The notes beneath the pieces were generated by a model. The model was not told the DNA's origin and did not search any database. It was given only the letters and a program-made list of their open reading frames with translations. Shown here one piece after another: positions 1 to 13,460 of a DNA stretch of 64,000 bases; position 1 is the first letter of the stretch, and each line of letters begins with the position of its first letter. A program made the translations under genes and the position numbers. Source of the DNA: the human T2T-CHM13v2.0 reference genome, Homo sapiens; NCBI RefSeq assembly GCF_009914755.1, contig NC_060938.1, one strand, 5' to 3'.

Positions 1-1450
1 TGCTATCAACATGACAACACTGTTGATAATGTTGACCTTCTATATGTGGCTGTGGTAGTTCTTGTCAGAGCTCCCTATTTTTACACTTGCCATTTTACAA
101 ATGACTTCTTTCCATCATTGTGTGTGTGTGTGTGTATGTGTGTTTTAATACTGTCTTCTTTTCTGGTAGTATAAAATGCTCCATATTCATGTTCATATTC
201 ATCTTAAATATGCCACAGCCTAGAATCCCTGTATGTCTAAGGAGCCTTAATTTATTTTGTTGAAGAATGACATTGGAAACCATGATCTGAATGCTAGGAG
301 TGTCTGTTACTACTGAAATATATTTCTTCTAGGCCATTGCAACTGACAGAATGAGAAAATATCTGTGTGTGTATTGACAGCTGTGTATATACATATCCTT
401 AAATATTTCTGTGTTATCTATATCTATAGTAAGCTAAGCATACTGATGTTTCCACATTTAATTCATTACCTCATGGATTATTCTGGTCTTCTATTTTTTT
501 GTAACCTACCACTTCAGCATGAAAAATCTGTCTATTTCCTCTGCCATTCATTTATTAATTATTCAATACCAGTATATGTGTACTGTGGTTTCAGAATTGT
601 TAAACTGTGCTTCACAGAAATAATTTTATCCACTCAATTACAGTGCTTGTGTACAATTCCTTTTGCCTTTAGTCATATATTCTATTAATTTTTAAACATA
701 CTTAACTTAATAAGCATATTTTTTCTCCACCCACTTCAGTTAGGTATTTTCACATATTTCTAATTCAGTTGGATTCTTTTATCCCATTCTTTATTCCATG
801 CTAGGATTCTGCAATGTTCAAGATCATATTTTAAAATTTGCATGCAATATTTAATCTTTGTCCTGTAAAGTTCTACAAGATTTGACAAATTCATAGACTT
901 AAGTATCTATAAATTCATAGACTTAAGTATCTTATAAATTCCATTATCTGATCATTCAGCCATATGGTCAAATCAATTTCCTCCCAGAGATGTGGAATTA
1001 AGATATTACACACAATAAATCCACCATCCTAAAAATATTCTATCTTCTCCACCTATTCAAACCCTTCCTATAAAAGAGAACACTGACAATTATTCATCTG
1101 CTAACTGTCTCTGTATTTTCCATTTCTAGAATATCAAATAACTAGAATAATAAAGTAGTTTGCTTTTTCAGATTTACTTCTTTCTGTTAGCAGTATGCAT
1201 CTATGACCCATTTTTAGTATGATTTGATAACACTCATTTTTACTGCAGAATAGTATTCTGTTGTAGAGATATACCAAAGTTGATCTATTTATCTATTGAA
1301 ATAAATATTAATTACTTCCAGTCTTTAGTGATTATGAATACAGCTATTATTAGCAGAGTAAACATATGTGCAGACATAAGTTTTTTAATCACTTGGGCAG
1401 ATACCTAGAAGTGTGATTGCTGAATAGTTTAATGAATCTATGTTTAGTAC
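1..1450 (-). mobile_element. Ancient L1M (L1MC/L1MD-type) 3' region fragments
   Basis: Degenerate similarity to antisense L1MC/MD 3' UTR and ORF2 end (e.g. tgctatcaacatgac...gttgacc; atacctagaagtgtgattgctga); boundaries approximate. Confidence 0.6.
887..940. repeat. 24-bp tandem duplication (aaattcatagacttaagtatctat x ~2.2)
   Basis: Direct read: 887-910 and 911-935. Confidence 0.85.
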
Positions 1451-1751
1451 TTTAGTGCCTAGTTTAGGTGGATTTTACATGAACAGTTCAACAATTTATT
1501 AATAGTGAATATGCCTATCTTCATCTATGTGCCAGAAATGCAAACATCCTCTACCTGCACATAGTTTCCTTAGCACATGATACATTCAATAATTTACTAT
1601 TAGGATCAAAATTGATCATCTTAATACTTATGCCTTCTTTATAGAAAAGACCCGTTGTTTGATATAAAGGAAGATTATTTGTTTCTTGTTCCTCACTGGC
1701 CTTTCCTAATTTTAGAAACCAATCCACCATTAATTGTTTGTCTTTGCTTTG

Positions 1752-2130
1752 TAATATGGTTTGGCTGTGTTCCCACCCAAATCTCATCTTGAATTGTAGT
1801 TCCCGTAATCCTCACATGTCGTGGAAGGGACCAGGTGAAGACAAGTGAATCATGGGGGCAGTTTCCTCTGTGCTGTTCTCATGGTAGTGAGTTAGTTCTC
1901 ATGAGATCTGATGATTTGGGGGGCTTCCCCCTTCCCTGGGCACTCATTCTTCTTGCTGCTGCCATGTGAAGAAGGATGTGTTTGCTTTCCCTTCCACCAT
2001 GATTGCAAGTTTCCTGAGGCTTCCCTAGCCATGCTGAACTGTGAGTCAATTAAACCTCTTTCCTTTATAAAAAAAGATGTAACCAGTGTTGGGTACATCT
2101 TTATTAGCAGTGTGAGAATGGACTAATATA
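1752..2130 (+). mobile_element. THE1C-type MaLR solo LTR
   Basis: Starts taatatggtttggctgtgttcccacccaaatctc, ends ggactaatata; flanks ctttg/atttg fit a 5-bp TSD. Confidence 0.9.
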
Positions 2131-2633
2131 ATTTGTTTAGTATTTTTGTACTCCTCTCTGTCTTTCGAACCTACTGGCTCAGTACCCACTTTCCCTTGTC
2201 AAATTTCATGCAAAAGACTTCTTCTAAACTATATTAGTTAAAAAAAAAAGTTCTCTTTCTCTCTTATTTTATCTTTCTCTTCCTCTCTCTTTCACACACA
2301 CTTGAAGCAATGGGGCAGTGTAAATTGGCCTTGTTTCTCTCTTACCTTGTGTTAGCATATCTCGGTAGAGAAACTGAGTTTACACCCCAATACAGAGGTA
2401 AGGCAGCAATAATGTGTGAGTCAGAAGTCTGTTTTTACCCAAAAACTGTTTGTGGGGCTAAGGAAAGACTTGACTTATGTCCCATCCATGTGTAATGATG
2501 CTGTATGTTTCAGTGCTCCCCTTTTGCTGGGGTGGTGCTGTCAGGTCATGATGAGAGGTAAACATCCACTCACAACTAGACCTGTATGCTACACCCAAGT
2601 AAGGTGACTGCTTGCTAAAATGAAAGGTTAAAT

Positions 2634-2792
2634 AGCATTGGTGCCCCGAGGAGAGGGAAAGGGGTAAGTGTTGAAAATAAATATAGGACAAAAAAATTTC
2701 CCGAATTTGGCAAAATGCTTAAACCTATAGTTTTAAGAACCTGAGCAAATCACAAACAGGATAAACCAAAATAAATCTGTCAAGTCATATCA
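2634..2792 (+). repeat. Local copy of L1 ORF1 segment 4025-4183
   Basis: agcattggtgcccc...aaacctatagttttaagaa...ctgtcaag present at both positions, roughly 85% identical by eye. Confidence 0.8.
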
Positions 2793-2960
2793 CATCGAAG
2801 AGTACTATAGGAGTACTGTAACATAATATTAAACTGTCCAGAAAACAGAAGTCAATTATTATATCAAAAAACAGGAAAATTACACAACTTGAATTAAAAA
2901 AATGACAGAAAATAACAATGAGATGACTCAGATATAGAAATTATTCAAAAATGATATTAA

Positions 2961-3726
2961 CTCCATCCATGTCTCTTCAAAGGACATGATCTCATTCTTT
3001 TTTATGGCTGCATAGTATTCTACGGTGAATATGTGCCACATTTTCTTTATCCAGTCAGTCTATCATTGATGGATATTTTGGTTGATTCCATGTCTTTGCT
3101 ATTGTGAATAGTGCTACAGTGAACATATGTGTGCATATGTCTTTTAACAGAATAATTTATATTACTTTGGGTATATACCCAGTAAAGGAATTGCTGGGTC
3201 AAATGGTATTTCTGTTTTTAGGTTTTTGAGGAATCACCACACTGTCTTCCACAATGGCTAAACTAATTCACACTCCTACCAAAAGTGTATAAGTTTACCT
3301 TTTTCTTCACAACCTCATCAGCGTTTTTTTTTGTTTTTTTTTGGAGTTTTTAATAATAGCCATTCTGACTGATGTGAGATGAATATTTCATTGTGGTTTT
3401 GATTTGGATTTTTCTAATGGCCAGTGATGTTGAGCCATTATCCTTAGCAAACTAACACAGGAATCGAAAACCAAATACCACATGTTCTCACTTGTAAGTG
3501 GGAGCCAAATGATGAGAACATATGGACACATAGAGTGGAACACACACTGGGATCTTTTGGAGGGCGGAGGGTAGGAGGAGTGAGAGGATCAAGAAAACCA
3601 ACAAATAGGTACTAACCTTAATACCTGCATGATAAAATAATCTATAATATAAACCCCCATGACACAAGTTTACATACGTAACAAACTTGTCCTTGTACCC
3701 CAGAAATTAAAATAAAAGAAAAAAAA
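2961..3726 (+). mobile_element. 5'-inverted (twin-primed) old L1PA (L1PA13-16-like) 3' end
   Basis: Antisense block 2961-3435 followed by sense block from cattatccttagcaaac to the A tail; the two blocks are adjacent in L1 consensus. Confidence 0.85.
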
Positions 3727-6700
3727 TTCTAAGGTACCACTGATAAAGAACGATTACAAATATTAATGAAGCAAAAAAAGTAGAAAAGTCAGCAAAAGAA
3801 AAAATACGTAGAGAAAGCCTAATTATAGAACTAAAAATACAATTACCAAAATGAAAACGGCACTAAGTAGCTCAATGATTGGAGATGACAGAAGAAAGAA
3901 TCGGTGACTTTGAAGACAATTGAATAAAAATTACCCAATCTGACAACACAGAGAAAATAGACAGTTACAAAATGAACAGAATCTTCCTGTACCAATAGGA
4001 CAAAAAGCAACATCTAGCTTGCAAAGCATTGGTGCCCCAGAGAAGGAAAGGAGTGAGTGCCGAAAATAAACATAGGACAGAACATTTCCTAAATTTGGCA
4101 AAAGGCTTAAACCTATAGTTTTAAGAAGCTGAGAAAATCACAAGCAGGATAAACCAAAATAAGTCTCTGTCAAGAGACATCATAACAAACCTCTGAAAAT
4201 TAGAGACAAATATGTGTGTGTATTTGTGTGTGTGTATAGTCTTAATATGCATATTAAGACTAGAGAGAAGACATGCATTATCTAAAACAGAATGTCAATT
4301 TGAATAACAGAAGATTTCTCATATGTAACCATGGATGCTAGAAGCAGCATATTTTTCAAGTGCTGAAAGAAAAGAACCTCAATTTTAAATCTATATCCAG
4401 TGAATATATCCTTTAGGAATAAAGATGGAAGAAAGATAGTCTCTGACAAGAAACAATAAGTGAATTTATTGCTAGCAGACTAAATCTTAAAGAATGGCTA
4501 AAGTAAATTTTTTTAAAACATAAATAAAAATGACAGGAGAGTAGAGTCTGGAAATTCAGAAAGAAAGGAAAAACAACATAATGGGTAAAGTTAAATATAA
4601 TGTACTTGCATTCTCTTATCAGGTATAAATTCATATCATATCACTGAAGAAAATATTATAACATCTGATATGGTGCTCAACATATTTAGAGGAAGGCAAG
4701 AAAAGATAAACAGGAATGAGCGAGGGAACAACAGAAAAAAAACAAATGAAATGTCAGATTAAGTCTTAACATTTGAATAATTACCTTAATATAGTCTAAA
4801 TATACCAATTAAAAAACAGATATTTACAAATTGGATGCAAAAACATGAGTCACGTATATGCTATGAACAAGAAGTTCACTTCAAAATAACATACAAGTAG
4901 TTTAAAAGTAAAAATGACTGAAAAAGAAAACCAAACTCTAATTAACACAAAATCAGGGGTGGCTAGATTTTTGATGGAATTAATTTTAGAGAACAGAAAA
5001 TTACTAGAGATAAAGAGGGATATTATATCTATTGATAAAAGAAGGGATAAGAATCCTGAAAGTGTATGTACCAACACTCAGAATGTTATTATACATGAAA
5101 ACTATTTGATAATGCTGGAAAGATAAAAAATAGACAAACACAGAATTAGAGTTAACACTTAATTTCAGAAACTGATAGAGCTATTAAAAAGAAAATTAAC
5201 ATGAAAACAGATCTGAATAGCACAATCAACCAACAACTTATAATTGGCATATATAGAACACCACACATTTTTTTTTCAAGTGTCCAAGGAGAATTCACCA
5301 AGATAGATAATACTCCGGGACATGAAATACACTTCAACAAATTTAAAAAATCTAAAATCGTACTGTGTTTTCTCTGATTTTATCGTTGTCAAACTAAAAA
5401 CTTAAATAACAGAGAGATGATGGGGGAAATCTCTAAATACTTAGAAATTAACACATTTCTCAATAATCTATGGGTTCAAGAGAAAGTCTTAGAAATTAGA
5501 ATAACTTGGAACTGAATCAAAATCAAAACCACATGTAAAAATATTTGGTTTTCTGGAAAAGTCATACGAAGAGTAAAGTTTATAGCCCTAAAAGCTTACA
5601 TTGAAAGTAAAGAGAAGTTTTAAGTAAATAAAGTTTCAACACCAAGAAATTTAAAAAATAAGAGCAAAATAAACCAAAAGTGTCTATATTCAGAGACATT
5701 GGCCAGCAGTTTTCCTCTTTTGTTGTGCCCTTGCCTGATTTAAGTATCAGGGTGATACTGGATTTGCAGACTATATAAGGGAGAGATTCGTATTTGAATT
5801 TTTGAAACAGTTTCATTAATACTGATACCAGCATTTCTATGTATGTCTGGAAAATTTCAGCTATGAATCTGTCCGCTTCTTTGCTTTTGTGTTGGAAGAT
5901 TTTTTATTACTAATTTGATTTAATTACTTATTATTCATCTGATCAGGATTTCTATTTCTTCCTGGTTCAATCTTCAGAGGTTATATACTTCCAGGAATTT
6001 ATCCAGGTCCCCTAGGTTTTCTAGTTTGTGTGCACATATGTATTCACAGCAGTCTCTCATGATCTTTTGTATTTCTGTGGTATCAGTGGTAACATTATCT
6101 TTGTCATTTCTGATTAGCTTATTAAAATCTTTTTCTTTTGGTTAATCTTGCTAGCAGTCTGTCAATTTTGTTTATCCTTTCAAAGAATCAACTTTTAATC
6201 TCATTGACCCTTTGTGTCGTTTTTTCCCTGGTCTCAAACTCATTTAGTTCTGTTCTGATCTTTTTTTTCTGCTAGATTGGGGTTTGGTTTGTTTTTATTT
6301 CTCTCATACCTTGAAGTGTGACATTAATTTCTTCATTTGAAAAATTATCTGTCCTTTTGATGTAGGCATTTATGCTATAAACTTTCCTTGCAGTAAAATT
6401 CTTAACATAATCCTAGCATACCAAATCTAACAGCACATCAGAAAGATAATTCCAATGATAAAGTGGGCTTTATTTCAGGGATGCAAGGTTGTTCTAACAT
6501 ATGTAAATCAATAAATATGATTTATTCTATAAACAGAACTAAGTGCAAAACCAAAAGATAATCACAATAGATGCAAAAAGGTTTTTTTTTTTTTTTAATA
6601 AACTCCAATATCCATTTACGGTAAAAACTCTCAACAAACTAGTCATTAAAGGAACATATTACAAAATAATAAGAGCCATATGTAACAACCCCATAGGCAA

Positions 6701-7071
6701 CATCATACTGAATGGTAAAAAGTTAAAAACATTTCCCTTAAGAACTGGAATAAGATAAAGATGCTCACTCTCACCATGCCTACACAACATAGTACTACAA
6801 GCCATAGCCACAGCGACCAGGCAAGAGAGAGAAATAAAAGACACCCAAATTGTAAAAGAAGTCAAATGATCTCTGCTCACTGATTAGATGACTGTGTATC
6901 CAGAAAACCTTAAGAACTCCCGCAAAGGCTTCTAGACTTGTTACATGACTTTAGTAAAGTCTCAGGATACAAAAATTAATGTACAAAAATAGTTAGCATT
7001 TCTATACACCAATAACATACGAGCTGAGAGCAAAATCAATAACTCAATCTCATTTGCAATAGACACACTCA

Positions 7072-7416
<345 letters not shown>

Positions 7417-7555
7417 CTACAAAGAAAATTATAAAATACTGAAGAAAGACTGTAGAACATAAAACAAATGAAAAAAAACATCCCATGCTAATGGATTGGA
7501 AGAATCAATATGATTAAAATAACCATATTGCCCAAAGCATTCTATAGATTCAGTG

Positions 7556-8050
7556 CAACTCCTCTGCTTTTAAATGTCTGGATTGTACAGGTAGTTTGGG
7601 GACTTCATTTATTTTGATTAGTTTAGCTTTATCCTGAAATGGTTATTGGTCCATGTCTATGATAAGGTGAAAGAAAATTAGAATCCTAAGAAAGAAAATA
7701 GCAAACCACTGATTCCATTCCGATTATCTTTGTGGCTTGTGTTAGCATTGATTGTTTCTTGCCATGCTATTGTATGTTCCTGGGACTCCGCTGCAACCAC
7801 GAAATAAATAGTGGACAGAATTAGGATAATCTGATTCTGGAAGCCAGATACTTTGATTGGTGGCTTGTCATACTATTATAAATAAGCAATTTGCCAAACT
7901 CTTTTAGTTACAGATTAGAAATATACAATGATCAAAAAGAGAATAGAAATAGGGCTGGTACCTGTGGATAAAATAAAACTAGCAGAGTGTGAATCATTTA
8001 ACATTATTTCTGAAATTATTTATAATTATACAATTCAGTATGCTAACAAT
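7556..8050 (-). repeat. Inverted copy of 50170-50664 inserted into L1 ORF2
   Basis: Reverse complement aligns over 495 bp with about 13 substitutions and no indels (manual comparison). Confidence 0.95.
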
Positions 8051-9719
8051 GCAATGCCCATCAAATCACCCATGCCATTTTTCACAGAATCAGAAAAAAA
8101 AAAATGCTAACATTCATATGGAACCAAAAAGAGCCTGAATAGCCAAAGTAATTCTAAGAAAAAAGAACAGAGCCAGAGGCATCACATTGTCTGACTTCAG
8201 ATTATAATAAAAAGCGATAGTAACTAATACAGCATGATATTGGTACAAAAATAGACAGATAGAACAAAGGAACAGAACAGAGAACCCAGAAATAAAGCCA
8301 TATACCTATAACCAACTGACATTTGACAAAGTTGACAAAAATAATGGAAAAGAATACCATATTTAATAAATGATTTTGGGAAAATTGGCTAGCTATATGA
8401 AGAAGAATGAAGTTTGACTGCTATCTCTTACCACAGTAAAAATTAACTGAAGATGGGTTAAACACCTAAACATGAGGCCTGAAACTATAAAACTCCTGGA
8501 AGAAAACCTAAGAAAAATTATTTGGACATTGGCTTAGGCAAACAATGTATAATGAAAAACCCAAAAGCAAATGCAATGAAACCAAAACTAGACAAACGGT
8601 ATTTAATTAAACTTAAAAGCTTCTATGCAGCACAAGAAATTATTAACAGGGTAAACAGACAACCTACAGATTGGGAGAAAATATTTGCCAATTATGCTTC
8701 TGACAAATGACTGATATACAGAATATATTAAAAAACTCAAACAACTAAAGAAAAAGCAACCCCATGAAAAACTGAGAAAAGCATATGAACAGACATTTCT
8801 CAAAGGAAGAAATACAAATGGCCAACAACATACTTTAAAATACTCAACATCACTAATCACTAGAGAAATGCAAATTAATTCACACTGAGATATCACTTTA
8901 CACCAGACTGAATGGCTATTATTTAAAAGTCAAAAAACAACAGATGTTGGCATGGAGACAAAGAAAAAAATGCTTATACACCGTTGGTGTAAATATAAAT
9001 TAGTTCAATCCCTATGCTGAACTCCTATTCAGCCCAGTAGAATCACTACTTACCCAAAGTAAAAGAAAGCATTATATAAAAAAGACATCTGTACTCATAT
9101 GTTTGTCGCAGCACTATTCACAATAGCAAAGCCATGGAACCAACCTGTGTCCATCAGTGGTTGATTGGATAAAGAAAATGTGGTATACATATACACCATA
9201 GAATATTTTGTAGCCATATAAAAGAATGAAATCATGTCCTTTGCAGTAACATGGATGGAGCTGGAAGCTGTTATATAACTAAGTAAATTAACTCACGAGC
9301 AGAAAATCAAATCAAATGTCACATATTCTCACTTATGAATGAGAGCTAAACGATGGATGCACATGGACACAAAGATGGAAACAAAACACACTGGGGACTC
9401 CAAAAGTGGGGATAGAGGGAAGGGGTGAAGTTTGAAAGATTACATATTAGATACATTGTTCCATATTGGAGTGACAGCTACACTAGTAGTCCAGTCCTCA
9501 CCATTAAACAATGTATGAATCTAACAAACATGCACATGTACCCCGGAAATCTAAAATAAAATTAAAATAAATAAATAAACGAGTAACAAACAACATGAAG
9601 AATATGTTAAATATAGGAGCAGAAGTATATAAAATTGAAAATAAAAACAATATAGAAAATCAACAAAACAAAATGTGACTCTTCAAAAAATTGCAGTAAA
9701 CTTCATGAAATTCTGCAAG

Positions 9720-12298
9720 AATAAGAGCCATCTATGACAAACCTATAGACAACATCATACTGAATGGACAAAGTTGGAACAATTCCCCTCGAGAACTGGG
9801 ATAAGATAAGGATGCTCAATCTCACCATTTTTATTCAATGTAGTACTGGAAGTCCTAGCCAGAGCAACCAGGTAAGAGAAATAAATAAAAGACAGGCAAA
9901 TATGAAAAGAAGCCACTCTTTTTACTGATGATATGATTATATATCTAGAACATTCTAAAGACTCTGTCAAAAGGTTCCTAGAATTGATAAGTGACTTTAG
10001 TAAAGTTTCAGGATACAAAATCAATGCATGAAAATCAGTAGCATTCCTACACATCAACAATGTCCAGGCTGAGAGTGCAGTAAGGAACAGAATCCTACTT
10101 ATAATGCTACAAAGAAAATGCAATACCTAAGAATACAGCTAACCAAAAGGTGAAAAATCTCTATAAGGAGAACTAAAAAACACTGCTGAAAGAAATTAGA
10201 GACCATACAAATAAATGGAAAAACATTTCGTGGTCACTGTATTAGTCCGTTCTCATGCTACTGATGAAGACATACCTGAGACTGGATAATTTATAAAGGA
10301 AAGAGCTTTCATTGACTCACAGTTCTGCAGGGCTGAGGAGGCTTCAGGAAACAGAATCATGGCAGAAGGGGAAGCAAACACATCCTTCTTCACATGGCAG
10401 CTGCAAGAAGTGCAGAGCAAAGTGAAAGAAAAGCCCCTTATAAAACCATCAGATCTCCTGAGAACTCACTTGCTATTACAAGAACAGGATAGAGGTAACT
10501 GCCCCGATGATTCAATTACCCTCTACTGGGTCCCTCTAATGACATGTGGGGATTATGGAAACTACAGTTCAGGATGAGATTTGGGTGGGGGCACAGCCAA
10601 ACCATATCAGTCATGGATTAGAAGAATTAATATTGTTGCCAAAATAGCCATACTGCCCAAAGCAATTTATAGATTTAGTGCTATTCCTATCAATCTACCA
10701 ATGTGATTCTTCACAGAATTAGAAAAAAAAAACTATTCTAAAATTCATATGGAACCAAAAGAGAGCCCAAATAGCCAAAGCAATCCTACATAAAAAGAAT
10801 AAAGCCAAAAAGGCATCACACTACCCAACTTCAGACTATACTATAAAGCCACAGTAACCAAAACAGTTTGGCACTGATACAAAAACAGACCCATAAACCA
10901 ATGGAACAGAATAGAAAACTGAGAAATAAAGACACACAACTATAACTATTTGATCTTTGACAAAGCTGACAAAAACAAGCAATGGGGAAAAGGCTTCCTA
11001 TTCAATGAATAGTGCTAGGATAACTGGCCATATGTAGAAGATTGAAGCTAGGATCAATCAATTGAAGCTAGGATTAATTTTCATATATGATAAAAGAATC
11101 CCTACCTTTCACTGTATACAAAAATTATCTCAAAATTGATTAAATATTTCAGTGTAAGAACTCAAACTATAAAAATCCTTGAAGACAACCTAGGAAATGC
11201 TATTCTTGACATTGGCCTTGGCAAAGAATTTTTGACTGTCTCCAAAAGCAATTGCAGCAAAAAAAAAAAAAAAAAAAAAATTGACAAGCAGGACCTAAAT
11301 AAACTAAAGAGATTCTGTGCAGTAAAAGAAACAATCAACAAGGCAGACAACTTACAGAATGGGAGAAGATATTTGCAAACTATGCATCAGACAAAGGCCT
11401 AATCTCTAGAATCTATAGGGAACTTAAACAAATCAACAAGAAAACAAATCCTATTGAAACATGAAAAAAAAGGACATGAACAGACACTTCTCAAAAGAAG
11501 ACAAAGAGGTGACCAACAAACATGAAAAAAATTGCTCAGTATCACTAATCATCAGAGAAATGAAAATCAGAAGCATAATGATATAATACCTCACACTAGA
11601 CAGAATGGCTATTACTAAAAAGTCAAAAAACGACAGGTGCTGGCAATGCTGCAGAGAAAAGGGAATGCTTATCCATTGTTGGTGGGAATGTAAATTAGTT
11701 CAGCAACTGTGGAAAGCAGTCTGGTGATTTGTCAAAGAACTTAAAATAGAGCTATCATTTGACCCAGCAATCCCATTACTGTGTATATACCCAAGAGAAA
11801 ATAAATAATTCTACCAAAAAGACTCAAGCGCTTTTCTGTTAATTACTGCACTCTTCACAATAGGAAAGACATTGCATCAACCTAAGTGCCTATCAATGCC
11901 AAATTGGATAAAAAAATGTGGCATATATACACCACGGAATAATATGCAGTCATAATAAAGAACAAAATTATGCCCTTTGCAGCAACATGGATGAAGCTAG
12001 AGGCCATAATCCTAAGCAAATTGATGGAAAAACAGAAACCCAAAAATCACATGTCCTCACTTATAAGTGGGAGCTAAGCACTGAGCACACATGAACATAA
12101 ATATGGGAATAATAGATACTGTGCACTACTGGAGGGTGGAGGAGTGGGAAAAGTTAAAAACCTGCCTATTGGGTACTATGCTCACTATCAGCGTGATGGG
12201 ACCCATACTCCAAACCTCTGCATCATACAATATTCCCATGTAACAAATCTGCCAGATGTATCCTCTGTATCTAAAATAAAAGCTGAAATTTAAAATAA
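9720..12298 (+). mobile_element. 5'-truncated old L1PA (L1PA15/16-like), interrupted by THE1C
   Basis: RT to C-terminal ORF2 homology (ORF 11136-11402) and 3' UTR ending tctaaaataaaagctgaaatt. Confidence 0.85.
10238..10609 (-). mobile_element. THE1C-type MaLR solo LTR
   Basis: tgtattagtccgttctc...cagccaaaccatatca; TSD gtcac/gtcat. Confidence 0.92.
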
Positions 12299-13460
12299 AG
12301 CTGATGATAATAAAAATAAGGGATTACTACAGATCCTGCAGCCATTAGAAAGATAATGCGAGTAACCTTACATTTATATATTTCACAAAATAGAAGAAAA
12401 AGCCCAATTTCTCTAAAATCACAAACTGGCAAAACTAAACCAAGATGAAGCAGATCATATTAATATCCTTATAGCTATTAAAAATGGAAATCATAATTTT
12501 AAATATCCTCAAAAAAAACTCTCCATGTCCAGACCATTTCATCTGAGAATTCCATCAAACACTTAAAGAATTAACACATTCTCTTACACAATTTTTTCTA
12601 AAAAATTATATTTCTAAAAAATTTCTAAAAATTATGATTATAAAAATATAAATATACATTATAATAATATAAACATAAAAATATAAACATAAATTCTAAA
12701 ACAGCAATTTCTAAAAAATTATATTTCTTATCAGTGTATCAAAAGAATTACACACTATATCTAAATGGAATTTATTTCAGGTATGCAAGACTTGTTCAAC
12801 ATTTGAAAATTCATCAATGTGATCCATCATTATCAACAAGGTAACAAAGAAAAATCATGTAACATATAACTTTCTATAGCATAGATACAGAGACAGCATT
12901 TGACAAAATTCAACCTTACATAAAACAAAAGCTGTTAGCAAATTATGAAAAGTTACCTAAGACAGATAATGGGTATCTATAAAAAACTTCCTGCTAATGT
13001 TATACATAATAGTGAAAGAAAATGTTTTTCTTGTAAGACCAGGAAAAAGGTAAAGACATCCACTCTTGCCACTCTTATTCAACATAGTATTGGGAGTTCT
13101 AGTTACTATAATGAGTAAAGTCAAAGATATAAAAGACAAACAGATGAGAAAGGAAGAAATCAAGCTGTCTTTAAATGGAGATGACATGATGTTGACATAG
13201 AAAATTATAAATAATTTACAAAATAAAAACAAAATTTCTACAAGAGTTCAACAAGGTAACAGAATCAACAAATAAAAATCATTCACAATTTTATACATGA
13301 AAGTTGAATATAGAAACATGGATTCAAAATGCAGTACCATTTACATTCACACCAAACAAAATAAAATGTCTTGGTATACGTTTAACAAAACATGTATAAG
13401 CCTATATGCTGAAAATGTCAAAATAATTATGAAAGGAAGAAAAGGAGCCTTGAATAAAAG

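Noticed and set aside
2300-2630. Possible LTR/ERV fragment
   Set aside because: Could not assign a family or termini
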